Notes under the pieces: generated by a model
The model's database searches: none
What the model was told of the DNA's origin: nothing
Seen by the model: only the letters and a program-made list of their open reading frames with translations
Position numbers and translations under genes: made by a program
Assembly (NCBI GenBank): GCA_964520655.1
Contig: CAZFNI010000001.1
Location: 3,067-67,066, forward strand
Direction: 5' to 3'
DNA length: 64,000 nucleotides
From: an uncultured Planctomycetales bacterium
Lineage (GTDB): Bacteria; Omnitrophota; Gorgyraeia; Zapsychrales; Fredricksoniimonadaceae
Shown here: one piece after another, positions 1 through 9,714 of the stretch
Numbering within the stretch: position 1 is the stretch's first letter
How the letters are laid out: every line of letters starts with the position of its first letter

Positions 1-1
1 T

Positions 2-3000
2 GGACCAACGGTGAGTTCCGGGGGTAGTCAGTCAATGATCGATTTCGGGAACAATGCGGCAGCGACTACCGGTACAGCGGATTTCTTTTTGATCAACCCC
101 TCCTCAAATAATTCCGCTGGGATCTTTAAGATCGCGAAAAGCAGCTTTGCTTATTTTGAGATCGATACGAATGGGAAGGTCGGTATAGGAACGGTAAGTC
201 AGGGGAGTTTATTGTCTGTTCTAGGCGGGGCGAGTTTAGGGGTTTACGCGAGAAGCGCTGCGCCGGCTGGAGGTCTCATTGCTTCAGGTAATGTTGGTGT
301 TGGGACAATTGGCCCGGCAAGCAAGATGGCTGTTGTTGGGAATATTGGTGTTGGGACAGGGATCAATTCGAGTTATGTGACAACCGCTGCGCCAAGCGGA
401 GGGATGATCATTGAGGGTAATGTCGGATTAGGGACAACGACGCCTCAGGATAAATTGATCGTCCTTGGCGGCAATGTCGGTATCGGCACATGGACAGCGG
501 ACAATGCGTCGTTGGAAACGACCGGCCTGCGTTTGATCGGCAACGGCGCGGCGGCGGGCAGCGTGCTTGTGTCATCCTCGACAGGTATCGGGACGTGGAT
601 GGCGCCGGGGACGATATCATCGTCAGCCGCATCAGGATGGTCGACAGGGACGGGAACGGTTTATAATACGACAGGCTCAGATAATGTCGGCGTTGGCACG
701 ACAACGCCGCAGGGCGGGTTTGTGGTGACCAACGGCAATGTGGGTATCGGCACCTGGGCGCCGCAGTCGCTGCTTGATGTGTACGGCGCGGGGGATGCAT
801 ATTTTACCACCAATGTCGGGATCGGCAGCGTCAATCCGACACAGGCGCTCGATGTGGTCGGGACGGGTAAATTTTCTGTTGCGGTTAACGCGCCGGCGAT
901 CTCCAATCTAACCTCCAATGGTTTTGTCAAGACCTCCGGCGGAACAGGGACGCTGTCCGTTGATACGAACACCTATCCCAGCTATTCATCCATGACAACC
1001 AATTATTTGCAAAAAGCAACGTCGTCCTCGGCGGTAGGGAATTCTTCCATATTTGATAACGGCAATGTGGGGATCGGGACAACGACGCCGCAGGGTGGTT
1101 TGGTCGTGACCAATGGCAATGTGGGGATCGGGACGTGGGCGACTGTTGGAGGCCGATTTATTGTTAAAGGCCCTGGAAATGTTGGAATTGGGACATCAAT
1201 GCCAGAATCACTATTAACTGTAAATGGGACCTCTGGTATTATTTCTGATTTGACGACCAATGCATCTCAAACATCTTTTTTTAAAGGCAATTATAATGGT
1301 TCTAATTATTTTAATATTTTATTTGGAGGTTCCAACGAAATCCAATTTTCCATAACAGATACTGTGGATAATACAAATGGCAATTATTTCATACAGAAAT
1401 CTGGAGAGACATTTGGTAGGGCTGTTTTTGGCAGATCATTTTTAGCCTTTGGTCCAGGAAATACAACAAGAGATGCTTTTATTGAACGATCATCTTCCAG
1501 TACATTTCGTATATCATCAGATCAGTCCACAGGAGCTGCTAATTTATTAGTTACTGGAAATTTAGGTCTGGGTACTTTAACGCCTTCAAGTAAACTCACT
1601 GTTGCGGGTGGCTTGGGTATTGGGACAGGTTTAAACACGCAGTATGTGACAACTTCAGCTCCAACTGGCGGCATGATCGTTGAGGGTAATGTGGGGTTTG
1701 GGACAACCACGCCGAAGGCGAAATTGGCTGTTGTAGGTGGCAATGTGGGCATTGGTACCTGGACAGCCGATACGGCCTCTTTGGAGACCACCGGCCTGCG
1801 GTTGATCGGCAATGGCGCGGCGGCGGGGAGTGTGCTTGTGTCAACGTCGACCGGTGTTGGAACCTGGATGGCGCCGGGGACAATTTCTTCCTCAGGTGCG
1901 GCGTCTGGTTGGTCAACGGGAACGGGAACCGTCTATAACACGACGGGGTCGGATAATATCGGTATCGGGACCACAACACCGCAAGGCGGGTTGGTGGTGA
2001 CCAACGGGAATGTGGGGATCGGGACTTGGACAGCGAATTCTTTACTGCAGGTTGGTCCACAAATTACAACTACAGCGCTTGCCGGATTTACAGCGATCGC
2101 TAATATTGCGGGTAATGTCGATGCGATCAGTGGCATCGAAATGAGAAATCTGAGCTCAGGTGTCTCAGCAGATTACAGGTTTTTAGTCAGCGATAATGCG
2201 CATGATGCCTATTTAGCTTTTTCAATGCCCTCAACGGCAAATACCGGAACGTTATTTGGCATGACAAGGAGCGGTGTTGCCGGGGTATTTACGAATGCAA
2301 CGACTACGGGAAGGATTCTTGTGTTAGGGACTGTAACCCAAAATTCAACGGTGTTGGGTACGAACAATACCGAAAGGATGCGGATAAGTTCTTTGGGGAA
2401 TGTCGGTATTGGGACAACAACACCGCAGGGCGGATTTGTTGTGACCAATGGTAATGTGGGGATCGGTACTTGGGCACCCGTTTTAAATCTTGATATTACA
2501 GGACAATTTGGTGTAAAACCTTCATCTTCAGGTTTTCCTACATCAATAGCCCAAGGCTTAGGCGGAAGATTTTATGCTGTACATCCAAGCAATGACTGGG
2601 GTTTTGTTGTAGCAAGAGCTTCAAATGATAATGGGAATGGAAATCTTACTTTGTATCACACTAGAAATTCGGACGCCTCTGTAAATACGGCGCTTTCAAA
2701 TGGAGATGGTTTGGGGCGCATTAGTTTTCAAGGGGCTACTGGTTCAAGCACTGTGATCAATGGTGCTGAGATCCAAGCTATTGTCAACGGCACAGTGAGC
2801 GCCGGTGTTTTACCGACCGATTTAATTATTCGTACGGGTAATGCGGATGTTAGCAACAGCAGTACTTATGAAAGGATGCGCATAACTTCTGCGGGTAATA
2901 TCGGCATCGGCACAGCCTCGCCCCAAGCAAAGCTTTCGATTGTTGGTGGGAATGTCGGTATCGGGACGTGGACGGCGGCGACGGCTTCTTTGGAAACAAC

Positions 3001-6000
3001 CGGCCTGCGTTTGATCGGCAACGGCGCGGCGGCGGGCAGTGTTTTAGTTTCTACTTCAACAGGTATTGGAACCTGGATGGCGCCGGGGACAATTTCTTCC
3101 TCTGGTGCGGCGTCCGGTTGGTCGACGGGTACGGGAACGGTTTATAACACGACGGGATCTGATAATGTGGGTATTGGAACAATAACGCCTCAAGGTGGGT
3201 TGGTTGTGACCAATGGCAATGTAGGTATTGGTACATGGACGACAGCTGGAGGGAATTTGATCGTAATGGGAAATATCGGCATAGGAACGAGTATTCTGAC
3301 GGGGTATCAACTTGATATCTTTGACAGGCACAACGCAGGTAATGGTTCGGCGATAGTCATGAACCTTGCTTCTTCTGGCGCTTCTTCAGGTTCTGGATAC
3401 GGGGGTATCGATATCAATAATACTTTAGGTGATAATGCTTTTATGAATCGTTTTGGTGTTCGCGCTTCGGCTTATCAGTATGGGCTTATCGGAAAGTCTT
3501 TAGGTAATAATGGATCAACCATGGGTTCTGCTGCGGGATGGTTCACTATCCCGCCTGCGGCAGTTCTTGGTGAATCGACGGGAACAACGACTGGTTCAGC
3601 CATTGTAGGGGCGTCGGACCAGATCACAACATCGGATTTGATGCAATTATTGCAAGGGGGTTCCTCTTTTACGGGAAATGGTTTAACGATGAGTTTTGGC
3701 AATCAAGGTTCCGGCGGATCTTTTAGTGGGAATTTCCTTAATTTAAAAGTTAACACAGTCAATAAATTTGTGATCAATAGCTCAGGCAATATTGGTATTG
3801 GCACATTGACACCGGTCAATGCTATTGATGTTGTGGGAGGCGTGGGCATTGGGACAGGGATCAATACGGCCTTTTTAACGTCTTCTGCGCCAGCCGGCGG
3901 GATGATTGTTCAGGGTAATGTGGGACTAGGGACGACGACGCCGCAAGATAAATTGATCGTTGTTGGCGGTAATGTTGGCATCGGCACCTGGACGGCTGCG
4001 ACGGCTTCTTTGGAAACGACCGGTCTGCGATTGATCGGCAACGGCGCGACGGCGGGCAGCGTGCTTGTGTCATCCTCGACAGGTATCGGGACCTGGATGG
4101 CGGCATCGACGTTGGCGACATCAGGAGCAGCTTCTGGTTGGTCGACGGGGACGGGGACTGTTTATAACACGACAGGGTCGGACAAGGTCGGTATCGGGAC
4201 GACAACGCCGCAGGGGGGATTTGTCGTCACCAATGGCAATGTGGGCATCGGCACCTGGGCACCGCAGGCATTGCTTGATGTTTACGGCACAAGCGACACC
4301 TATTTTACGACCAATGTCGGTATCGGCAGCGTGAACCCGACACAATCTTTGGATGTTGTGGGGACAGGTAAATTCTCGACAGGGGTGAACGCGCCTAAGC
4401 TGACGAATCTGACCAGTAATGGTTTTGTCAAAACAGGTTCCGGCGACGGGACGCTCTCCGTTGATACGAACACATATCCCAGCTATTCGTCCATGACAAC
4501 CAATTATCTGCAAAAATCAACGTCGTCCTCTGCGGTGGGGGATTCGTCCATTTTTGATAACGGTAATGTCGGGATCGGCACGACGACGCCTCAAGCGAGT
4601 TTTGTTGTGTATGGGGGCGGCAAAGTTGGGATTGGCACATTTGCGCCCTATTCTTTGATCCAAACCCAAATTCAAAGCGCTGGATCGGTAACGACGTTGG
4701 GTGTTAAGAATTTGACTAACGGGACTGGTATTGCTGAATTTGGGGGAACCAGTACCGGGGATGTTTCGGGTATTCGATTTTACAATGCGGATTCAACGGC
4801 ATTTAATTCCATTAGTCTTGGGTTTAGACATGGGCAAACCATTGGTCAGGCAGGTGCTCCTCAAGGATGGTTCAAGGCCTATTTACCAAGCGGAACAACG
4901 AGTACGGAATTTGGCTTTTTGACGTCGGCAGCCGGGTATGAGGCCCTGCGCATCAAGGCTTCGGGTAATGTGGGGATAGGGACCATTGAGCCTGGGTCGC
5001 TGCTGTCGGTCGCAGGAGGGGTGGGGATAGGGACAGGACCTAATACGGCGTATGTTTCAACAGCAGCGCCGGCAGGAGGGATGATCATTCAGGGCAATGT
5101 CGGGATCGGCACGACGACACCTCAAGCAGGTTTTGTTGTGTATGGGGACGGCAATGTGGGCATCGGGACATGGACGGCGGCAACAGCTTCATTGGAAACA
5201 ACCGGATTACGTTTGATCGGCAATAATGCGGCGGCGGGAAGTGTTCTTGTTTCGTCGTCAACGGGTATTGGGACGTGGATGGCGGCGGGGACGTTGGCAA
5301 CATCTGGAGCTGCATCTGGCTGGTCCACGGGTACGGGAACTGTTTACAATACGACAGGAAGTGACAAAATTGGTATCGGCACGACTACTCCTCAGGGTGG
5401 TTTAGTTGTGACGAACGGAAATGTCGGCATTGGCACATGGACTGCAGCGGCGGCTTCTTTGGAAACAACCGGCCTGCGCTTGATCGGCAACAATGCCGCA
5501 GCAGGAAGTGTCTTGGTATCGTCCTCGACAGGTATCGGGACCTGGATGGCGGCGTCCACCCTGGCAACGGGGGCTGCGGCTTCAGGTTGGTCGACGGGGA
5601 CGGGGACGGTTTATAACACGACAGGGTCGGACAAGGTCGGTATCGGGACGACAACACCGCAAGGCGGTCTTGTGATCACCAACGGTAATGTGGGTATCGG
5701 CACCTTTGCCCCGACCCAATTGCTTGATATCAATGGGAATATCGCTGCCAGCGGCACGGGCGATAGCTATTTCCTGGGGAGTGTTGGTATCGGTTCGTCT
5801 TCGCCAGCGACGGCGCTGGATGTGACGGGAACGGTTCGTTCAACTGCGATCTCAGCCGGTTCCGGCGGATTTACCGTTGATAGTAGCGGCAATGTGACGG
5901 CGGTGGCCAGTACCACGACGACGGGCGGGTATACGCAAAGCGGGACCAGCGCCAATACATTTACCGGCACATCGACATTTAGCAATGCCACAAAATCAGC

Positions 6001-6415
6001 GATCTTTACCGGCGGCAATGTCGGTGTCGGCACCACAACGCCGCAGGGGGCATTTGTGGTGACTAACGGCAATGTTGGCATCGGCACCTGGGCGCCTAAC
6101 TCTACCTTCACATTCAGAGGTTCCCAATCGGCTTCATTAGGGACATTGGCTGCGGATACTACTCTTGGAACTTCTCAATATACTGTCCTGGTCGATTCTA
6201 CCTCATCAGCCATCACGATCACGCTGCCGACGGCGGTGGGGATCACGGGCCGGTGCTACCGCATTAAAGATTGGAAGGGGCAGTCGGCGGTCAATAATAT
6301 CAACATCGCGACGACTTCAGCGCAAACGATCGACGGGGCAGCATCGGCGATCATTAATGTGGCGTATCAGGGGGCGGAATTCTGTTCAGATGGAGCGAAT
6401 TGGTCCATATTCTAA
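2..6415 (+). CDS. Giant secreted/surface fibre-like repeat protein (>=2134 aa; reading frame open to window start, so probably 5'-truncated). At least six copies of a ~100-aa module plus a unique ~100-aa C-terminal domain
   Basis: Single 6.4-kb ORF. Translated protein is Gly/Thr/Asn/Val-rich with the reiterated motif GNVGIGTTTPQGGLVVTNGNVGIGTW and the module ..ASLETTGLRLIGNGAAAGSVLVSSSTGIGTWMA..SGWSTGTGTVYNTTGSD.. at nt ~470-760, 1740-2035, 2940-3240, 3965-4265, 5150-5400 and 5400-5700. The motif resembles repeats in proteins annotated as tail-fibre-domain proteins (family resemblance only). No stop codon in frame between nt 2 and the GTG at 11. Confidence 0.8.
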   Translation, partial: GPTVSSGGSQSMIDFGNNAAATTGTADFFLINPSSNNSAGIFKIAKSSFAYFEIDTNGKVGIGTVSQGSLLSVLGGASLGVYARSAAPAGGLIASGNVGVGTIGPASKMAVVGNIGVGTGINSSYVTTAAPSGGMIIEGNVGLGTTTPQDKLIVLGGNVGIGTWTADNASLETTGLRLIGNGAAAGSVLVSSSTGIGTWMAPGTISSSAASGWSTGTGTVYNTTGSDNVGVGTTTPQGGFVVTNGNVGIGTWAPQSLLDVYGAGDAYFTTNVGIGSVNPTQALDVVGTGKFSVAVNAPAISNLTSNGFVKTSGGTGTLSVDTNTYPSYSSMTTNYLQKATSSSAVGNSSIFDNGNVGIGTTTPQGGLVVTNGNVGIGTWATVGGRFIVKGPGNVGIGTSMPESLLTVNGTSGIISDLTTNASQTSFFKGNYNGSNYFNILFGGSNEIQFSITDTVDNTNGNYFIQKSGETFGRAVFGRSFLAFGPGNTTRDAFIERSSSSTFRISSDQSTGAANLLVTGNLGLGTLTPSSKLTVAGGLGIGTGLNTQYVTTSAPTGGMIVEGNVGFGTTTPKAKLAVVGGNVGIGTWTADTASLETTGLRLIGNGAAAGSVLVSTSTGVGTWMAPGTISSSGAASGWSTGTGTVYNTTGSDNIGIGTTTPQGGLVVTNGNVGIGTWTANSLLQVGPQITTTALAGFTAIANIAGNVDAISGIEMRNLSSGVSADYRFLVSDNAHDAYLAFSMPSTANTGTLFGMTRSGVAGVFTNATTTGRILVLGTVTQNSTVLGTNNTERMRISSLGNVGIGTTTPQGGFVVTNGNVGIGTWAPVLNLDITGQFGVKPSSSGFPTSIAQGLGGRFYAVHPSNDWGFVVARASNDNGNGNLTLYHTRNSDASVNTALSNGDGLGRISFQGATGSSTVINGAEIQAIVNGTVSAGVLPTDLIIRTGNADVSNSSTYERMRITSAGNIGIGTASPQAKLSIVGGNVGIGTWTAATASLETTGLRLIGNGAAAGSVLVSTSTGIGTWMAPGTISSSGAASGWSTGTGTVYNTTGSDNVGIGTITPQGGLVVTNGNVGIGTWTTAGGNLIVMGNIGIGTSILTGYQLDIFDRHNAGNGSAIVMNLASSGASSGSGYGGIDINNTLGDNAFMNRFGVRASAYQYGLIGKSLGNNGSTMGSAAGWFTIPPAAVLGESTGTTTGSAIVGASDQITTSDLMQLLQGGSSFTGNGLTMSFGNQGSGGSFSGNFLNLKVNTVNKFVINSSGNIGIGTLTPVNAIDVVGGVGIGTGINTAFLTSSAPAGGMIVQGNVGLGTTTPQDKLIVVGGNVGIGTWTAATASLETTGLRLIGNGATAGSVLVSSSTGIGTWMAASTLATSGAASGWSTGTGTVYNTTGSDKVGIGTTTPQGGFVVTNGNVGIGTWAPQALLDVYGTSDTYFTTNVGIGSVNPTQSLDVVGTGKFSTGVNAPKLTNLTSNGFVKTGSGDGTLSVDTNTYPSYSSMTTNYLQKSTSSSAVGDSSIFDNGNVGIGTTTPQASFVVYGGGKVGIGTFAPYSLIQTQIQSAGSVTTLGVKNLTNGTGIAEFGGTSTGDVSGIRFYNADSTAFNSISLGFRHGQTIGQAGAPQGWFKAYLPSGTTSTEFGFLTSAAGYEALRIKASGNVGIGTIEPGSLLSVAGGVGIGTGPNTAYVSTAAPAGGMIIQGNVGIGTTTPQAGFVVYGDGNVGIGTWTAATASLETTGLRLIGNNAAAGSVLVSSSTGIGTWMAAGTLATSGAASGWSTGTGTVYNTTGSDKIGIGTTTPQGGLVVTNGNVGIGTWTAAAASLETTGLRLIGNNAAAGSVLVSSSTGIGTWMAASTLATGAAASGWSTGTGTVYNTTGSDKVGIGTTTPQGGLVITNGNVGIGTFAPTQLLDINGNIAASGTGDSYFLGSVGIGSSSPATALDVTGTVRSTAISAGSGGFTVDSSGNVTAVASTTTTGGYTQSGTSANTFTGTSTFSNATKSAIFTGGNVGVGTTTPQGAFVVTNGNVGIGTWAPNSTFTFRGSQSASLGTLAADTTLGTSQYTVLVDSTSSAITITLPTAVGITGRCYRIKDWKGQSAVNNINIATTSAQTIDGAASAIINVAYQGAEFCSDGANWSIF

Positions 6416-6430
6416 TTAAAAGGAAATAGT

Positions 6431-8749
6431 ATGATGCGATTATGGGAAAATATTACACGGCAGCTGAGAACTGGCAGGAAGATCCTGGTCTTAGCAGCTG
6501 TTTTCATGGTGCTGATCACAGCGATACCGTGTTTTGCGTATTATTTGCCGCTTAATTCCAGCTCCAGCGGGAATATCGGTGTCGGGACAGCCAGCCCTCA
6601 AACAAGATTTTCCATTGTCGGCGGGAATGTGGGGATAGGCACCTGGACAGCGGCGAATGCGTCTTTGGAAACCACTGGCATTAGGTTGATCGGCAACGGC
6701 GCGGCGGCGGGCAGCGTACTTGTCTCATCCTCAACGGGGATCGGGACCTGGATGGCGGCGTCAACCTTGGCGACGTCGGGCAGTACACCGTCAGGTTGGT
6801 CGACAGGGACGGCGACGGTCTATAACACAACGGGATCGGACAATGTGGGTATAGGGACAACAACGCCTCAGGGCGGGTTGGTTGTGACCAACGGGAATGT
6901 GGGTGTCGGCACATGGACAACCATTGGCGGCAGGTTGATTGTGAGTGGTCCCGGTAATGTTGGGATCAATACAGCCTGGCCTGGCGCTAAATTCGAGGTT
7001 GTTGGCCCGGGGACTACGACCAATATGGCCCGGTTTATCAATAGTCAGGGAAGCATGACGTTTTATCTGGCACCGACTATTCCCGCGTCCGGTGTTTGGA
7101 CGACAAGTGGAGGGGCCTTTTATGAGACACAAATAGGGGTTTCATCCGATACGGATCTTTGGTTAGTACAAAACAATACAGCCAAGATCAAGATGCCTTA
7201 CACTGATTCTGTGCAAATAACGGACAGCACAGGTCTTTATGTCCAGAAAAATGTTGGGATAGGGACAACAACATACCAGGCGGCATTGGCGGTCATGGGT
7301 AATGTCGGCATTGGTACCTGGGCGCCTATTACATCTTTAGATACCAAAGGTTTTCGCTTGGCAACAGGGCCGTCGGCTGGATATGTGCTTGTGTCAGGAT
7401 CAACGGGGATTGGAACCTGGATGGCGGCGTCGACCCTGGCGACGTCGGGCAGTACACCGTCAGGTTGGTCGACGGGAACGGGTACGGTTTATACAACGAC
7501 AGGGTCGGATAATGTGGGTATAGGGACGATCACTGTTCCTGAAAAGTTAACCATTAGCGGGAATATACAATTTACGGCTGGTGCCTCTCGCACGATCAAC
7601 GTCGCCACAAATCCGGGAGGTTCAGGGAATGATCTGACAGTATCGGCAGGAAATCCCAGTGCTGCATCGGATAATTACGGAGGGAACCTGTATTTAAAAG
7701 GGGGTGATAGTGATGGTGGCGGGGCTATGGATGCGGGTAATGTTTATATTTCCGGCGGTTCTGATGCATTATCCAGTTTACAGGGTGATGTGATCTTAGG
7801 GAACAACGGGTCAACAACGTTAGGCAATGTCGGTATCGGCACCTGGGCTCCCACGGCTGCTTTGCAGGTGAATTCGACCAATGCCTCGCCATTTATCGTG
7901 GATGCTAACGGCAATGTCGGTATTGGTACAACACGCACATCTTCGGCCCGTTTTGTGGTGATGGGGCAGAATGTCGGTCTTGGGACATGGCTGCCGGCTA
8001 CTCCCGTACACCTTAAGACAACATATTATCCGACGCTGGCCACATTTGAGAGCGGATGTTCCGGCTGCAATACGAATATTGAAGTCCAGAATATTTATAA
8101 GGGTAATAATGATTCGACCAGTGTGAAATTTAAATTCTATGGCGGCGGAGCTGCGTATATTGGCGGCGTAAGTCCAAGCAGTTTGGCTGCAGAGCTGAGT
8201 TTTTCGGTTATGGACGCCTCCGGTGCAACGGTTACGGCAGCAAGGATCGATAAGAATGGGAATTTGGGTGTCGGCACAACAACGCCGCAGGCGAAGTTGG
8301 TTGTTCTTGACGGCAATGTCGGCATTGGGACATGGACGGCCGGTGGCGGCAAATTGATCGTTATGGGCAGCGGGAATGTTGGGATATCAACGGCATGGCC
8401 TGGGACCGCACTTGATGTCAACGGAACCATTCGTTCTGTTGGAACAGGAAACTCATACTTTGCGGGTAATGTTGGTGTTGGAACATCGGCAGCGCCTAAT
8501 ACTTTAGCGGTACAAGGAACACTTGCCGTTGGCAGCGCAGCATTTGCAGGCGCAACATTACCAGCAAATTCATTGGTGGTCTCGGGTAATATAGGAGTCG
8601 GTTCGACTGCGCCTGGTACCCCATTAGATGTCAACGGCCGGGCGCGGCTTGTTGGGATAGGAACAACTGTCCCTTGTGCTTTGTGTATGAAGGCGGACGG
8701 CACACTTGGTTATTACAACACAACAACTTTTCAAGGTATATGCAATTGA
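6431..8749 (+). CDS. Paralogous fibre-like repeat protein (772 aa) with N-terminal signal/anchor helix (ILVLAAVFMVLITAIPCFA) and two copies of the same module
   Basis: ORF 16 bp downstream of the previous gene, preceded by AAAGGAAA RBS. Contains TAANASLETTGIRLIGNGAAAGSVLVSSSTGIGTWMAAS..SGWSTGT..VYNTTGSDNVGIGTTTPQGGLVVTNGNVGVGTW (nt ~6610-6910) and a degenerate second copy (~7300-7530). Confidence 0.8.
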   Translation: MMRLWENITRQLRTGRKILVLAAVFMVLITAIPCFAYYLPLNSSSSGNIGVGTASPQTRFSIVGGNVGIGTWTAANASLETTGIRLIGNGAAAGSVLVSSSTGIGTWMAASTLATSGSTPSGWSTGTATVYNTTGSDNVGIGTTTPQGGLVVTNGNVGVGTWTTIGGRLIVSGPGNVGINTAWPGAKFEVVGPGTTTNMARFINSQGSMTFYLAPTIPASGVWTTSGGAFYETQIGVSSDTDLWLVQNNTAKIKMPYTDSVQITDSTGLYVQKNVGIGTTTYQAALAVMGNVGIGTWAPITSLDTKGFRLATGPSAGYVLVSGSTGIGTWMAASTLATSGSTPSGWSTGTGTVYTTTGSDNVGIGTITVPEKLTISGNIQFTAGASRTINVATNPGGSGNDLTVSAGNPSAASDNYGGNLYLKGGDSDGGGAMDAGNVYISGGSDALSSLQGDVILGNNGSTTLGNVGIGTWAPTAALQVNSTNASPFIVDANGNVGIGTTRTSSARFVVMGQNVGLGTWLPATPVHLKTTYYPTLATFESGCSGCNTNIEVQNIYKGNNDSTSVKFKFYGGGAAYIGGVSPSSLAAELSFSVMDASGATVTAARIDKNGNLGVGTTTPQAKLVVLDGNVGIGTWTAGGGKLIVMGSGNVGISTAWPGTALDVNGTIRSVGTGNSYFAGNVGVGTSAAPNTLAVQGTLAVGSAAFAGATLPANSLVVSGNIGVGSTAPGTPLDVNGRARLVGIGTTVPCALCMKADGTLGYYNTTTFQGICN

Positions 8750-9714
8750 TTTATTTATTGTTCATTTCTTTGTTAATGACATCAATCTGTTATGCGGAGC
8801 AGATTATTCTAACATCGGGGGCTACATGGACAGTTCCAGCAAACTGGAACAATAGTATGAATACAATTGAATGTATTGGCGCGGGTGGTAACGGAGCGGA
8901 TGGTCTGGTGAATGGTATCGGAGGCGGTGGCGGCGGTGGTGGAGAGTATCGGCGGATCAGGAATTTCTCAACGACAGCTGGTAGTTCCATATCGTATTCA
9001 ATCGCATCCGGGGGATCAGGTAGTGACACGACATTCAATACGAATTCCTTGATCTGTAAAGCAGGAGCTAATGCTTCAGGCGGAACAGGTGGGGCAGGGG
9101 GATTAGGTGGTACAGGGAGCGATCTAAATGCGAATGGCGGAGACGGGGGAACAACGCCTGGACGTTCAGGTGTGGGAGGTGGGGGAGCAGGTGGTTTTTA
9201 TGGTCCAGGAAATACTTCAACACCTGATGTAAGCGCGACGGGTGGGGGCGGAGCTAATTCAGGAACGGGAAGTGTTGGAACAGGAGGAACGACAGGCGCA
9301 GATGGGGGGTATGGATATGGGGGCACAGGGAATGGGATAGGCAGCGGTAAGGCTACCGTTCCAGGAACAGCAGGAACATTTGGCGGAGGTGGAGGCGGTG
9401 GGAAAGGATATCTGGCAACGGCGTTAAATTGTACAAATGGAGGTAATGGCGGGGCTGGGAAAGAATATGGATTGGGTGTAGGTTCAGGTGGCGGCGGAGG
9501 TGGCGGGGGTGGTTCGACAGGCACAGGCAATGGTGGTAATGGTGGTAATGGAGGCAACTACGGAGGTGGCGGCGGTGGCGGTGGCGGTGTTGCCACCGGC
9601 GCAACGAATGGAACAAAAGGAACGGGAGCACAAGGTGTTATCATTATTACATACTCTCCTATTGGCAATAATTTAAATAATGCGAGTATCGCCAATGCTC
9701 AGGTCAGTTTCTGA
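8740..9714 (+). CDS. Secreted glycine-rich domain protein (signal peptide MQLIYLLFISLLMTSICYA; N-terminal 'SGATWTVPANW...IGAGGNGADG...GGGGGGGGEY' motif followed by long poly-Gly/Thr/Asn tracts)
   Basis: In-frame ATG at 8740 gives a canonical signal peptide and overlaps the stop of the preceding gene by 10 bp (the ORF track's 8674 start is upstream read-through). The motif GxWT(V)PA....(I/V)xxxGGGG is characteristic of the bacterial/viral glycine-rich-domain family. Confidence 0.7.
   Translation: MQLIYLLFISLLMTSICYAEQIILTSGATWTVPANWNNSMNTIECIGAGGNGADGLVNGIGGGGGGGGEYRRIRNFSTTAGSSISYSIASGGSGSDTTFNTNSLICKAGANASGGTGGAGGLGGTGSDLNANGGDGGTTPGRSGVGGGGAGGFYGPGNTSTPDVSATGGGGANSGTGSVGTGGTTGADGGYGYGGTGNGIGSGKATVPGTAGTFGGGGGGGKGYLATALNCTNGGNGGAGKEYGLGVGSGGGGGGGGGSTGTGNGGNGGNGGNYGGGGGGGGGVATGATNGTKGTGAQGVIIITYSPIGNNLNNASIANAQVSF

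Noticed and set aside
408-6111. Numerous 60-190-aa ORFs on the minus strand and in alternative + frames inside the fibre genes (e.g. 408..800 -, 1596..2060 -, 4121..4513 -, 5767..6111 -, 6165..6419 +)
   Set aside because: They lie entirely within the long, motif-rich + strand ORFs and are rich in Pro/Arg/Cys as expected from reading GC/Gly-codon repeats out of frame; no RBS or independent support
8137-9631. Minus-strand proline-rich ORFs (8137..8703, 9198..9557, 9353..9631) opposite the Gly-rich genes
   Set aside because: Complement of GGN glycine codons gives NCC proline codons; these are mirror artefacts of the Gly-rich + strand genes
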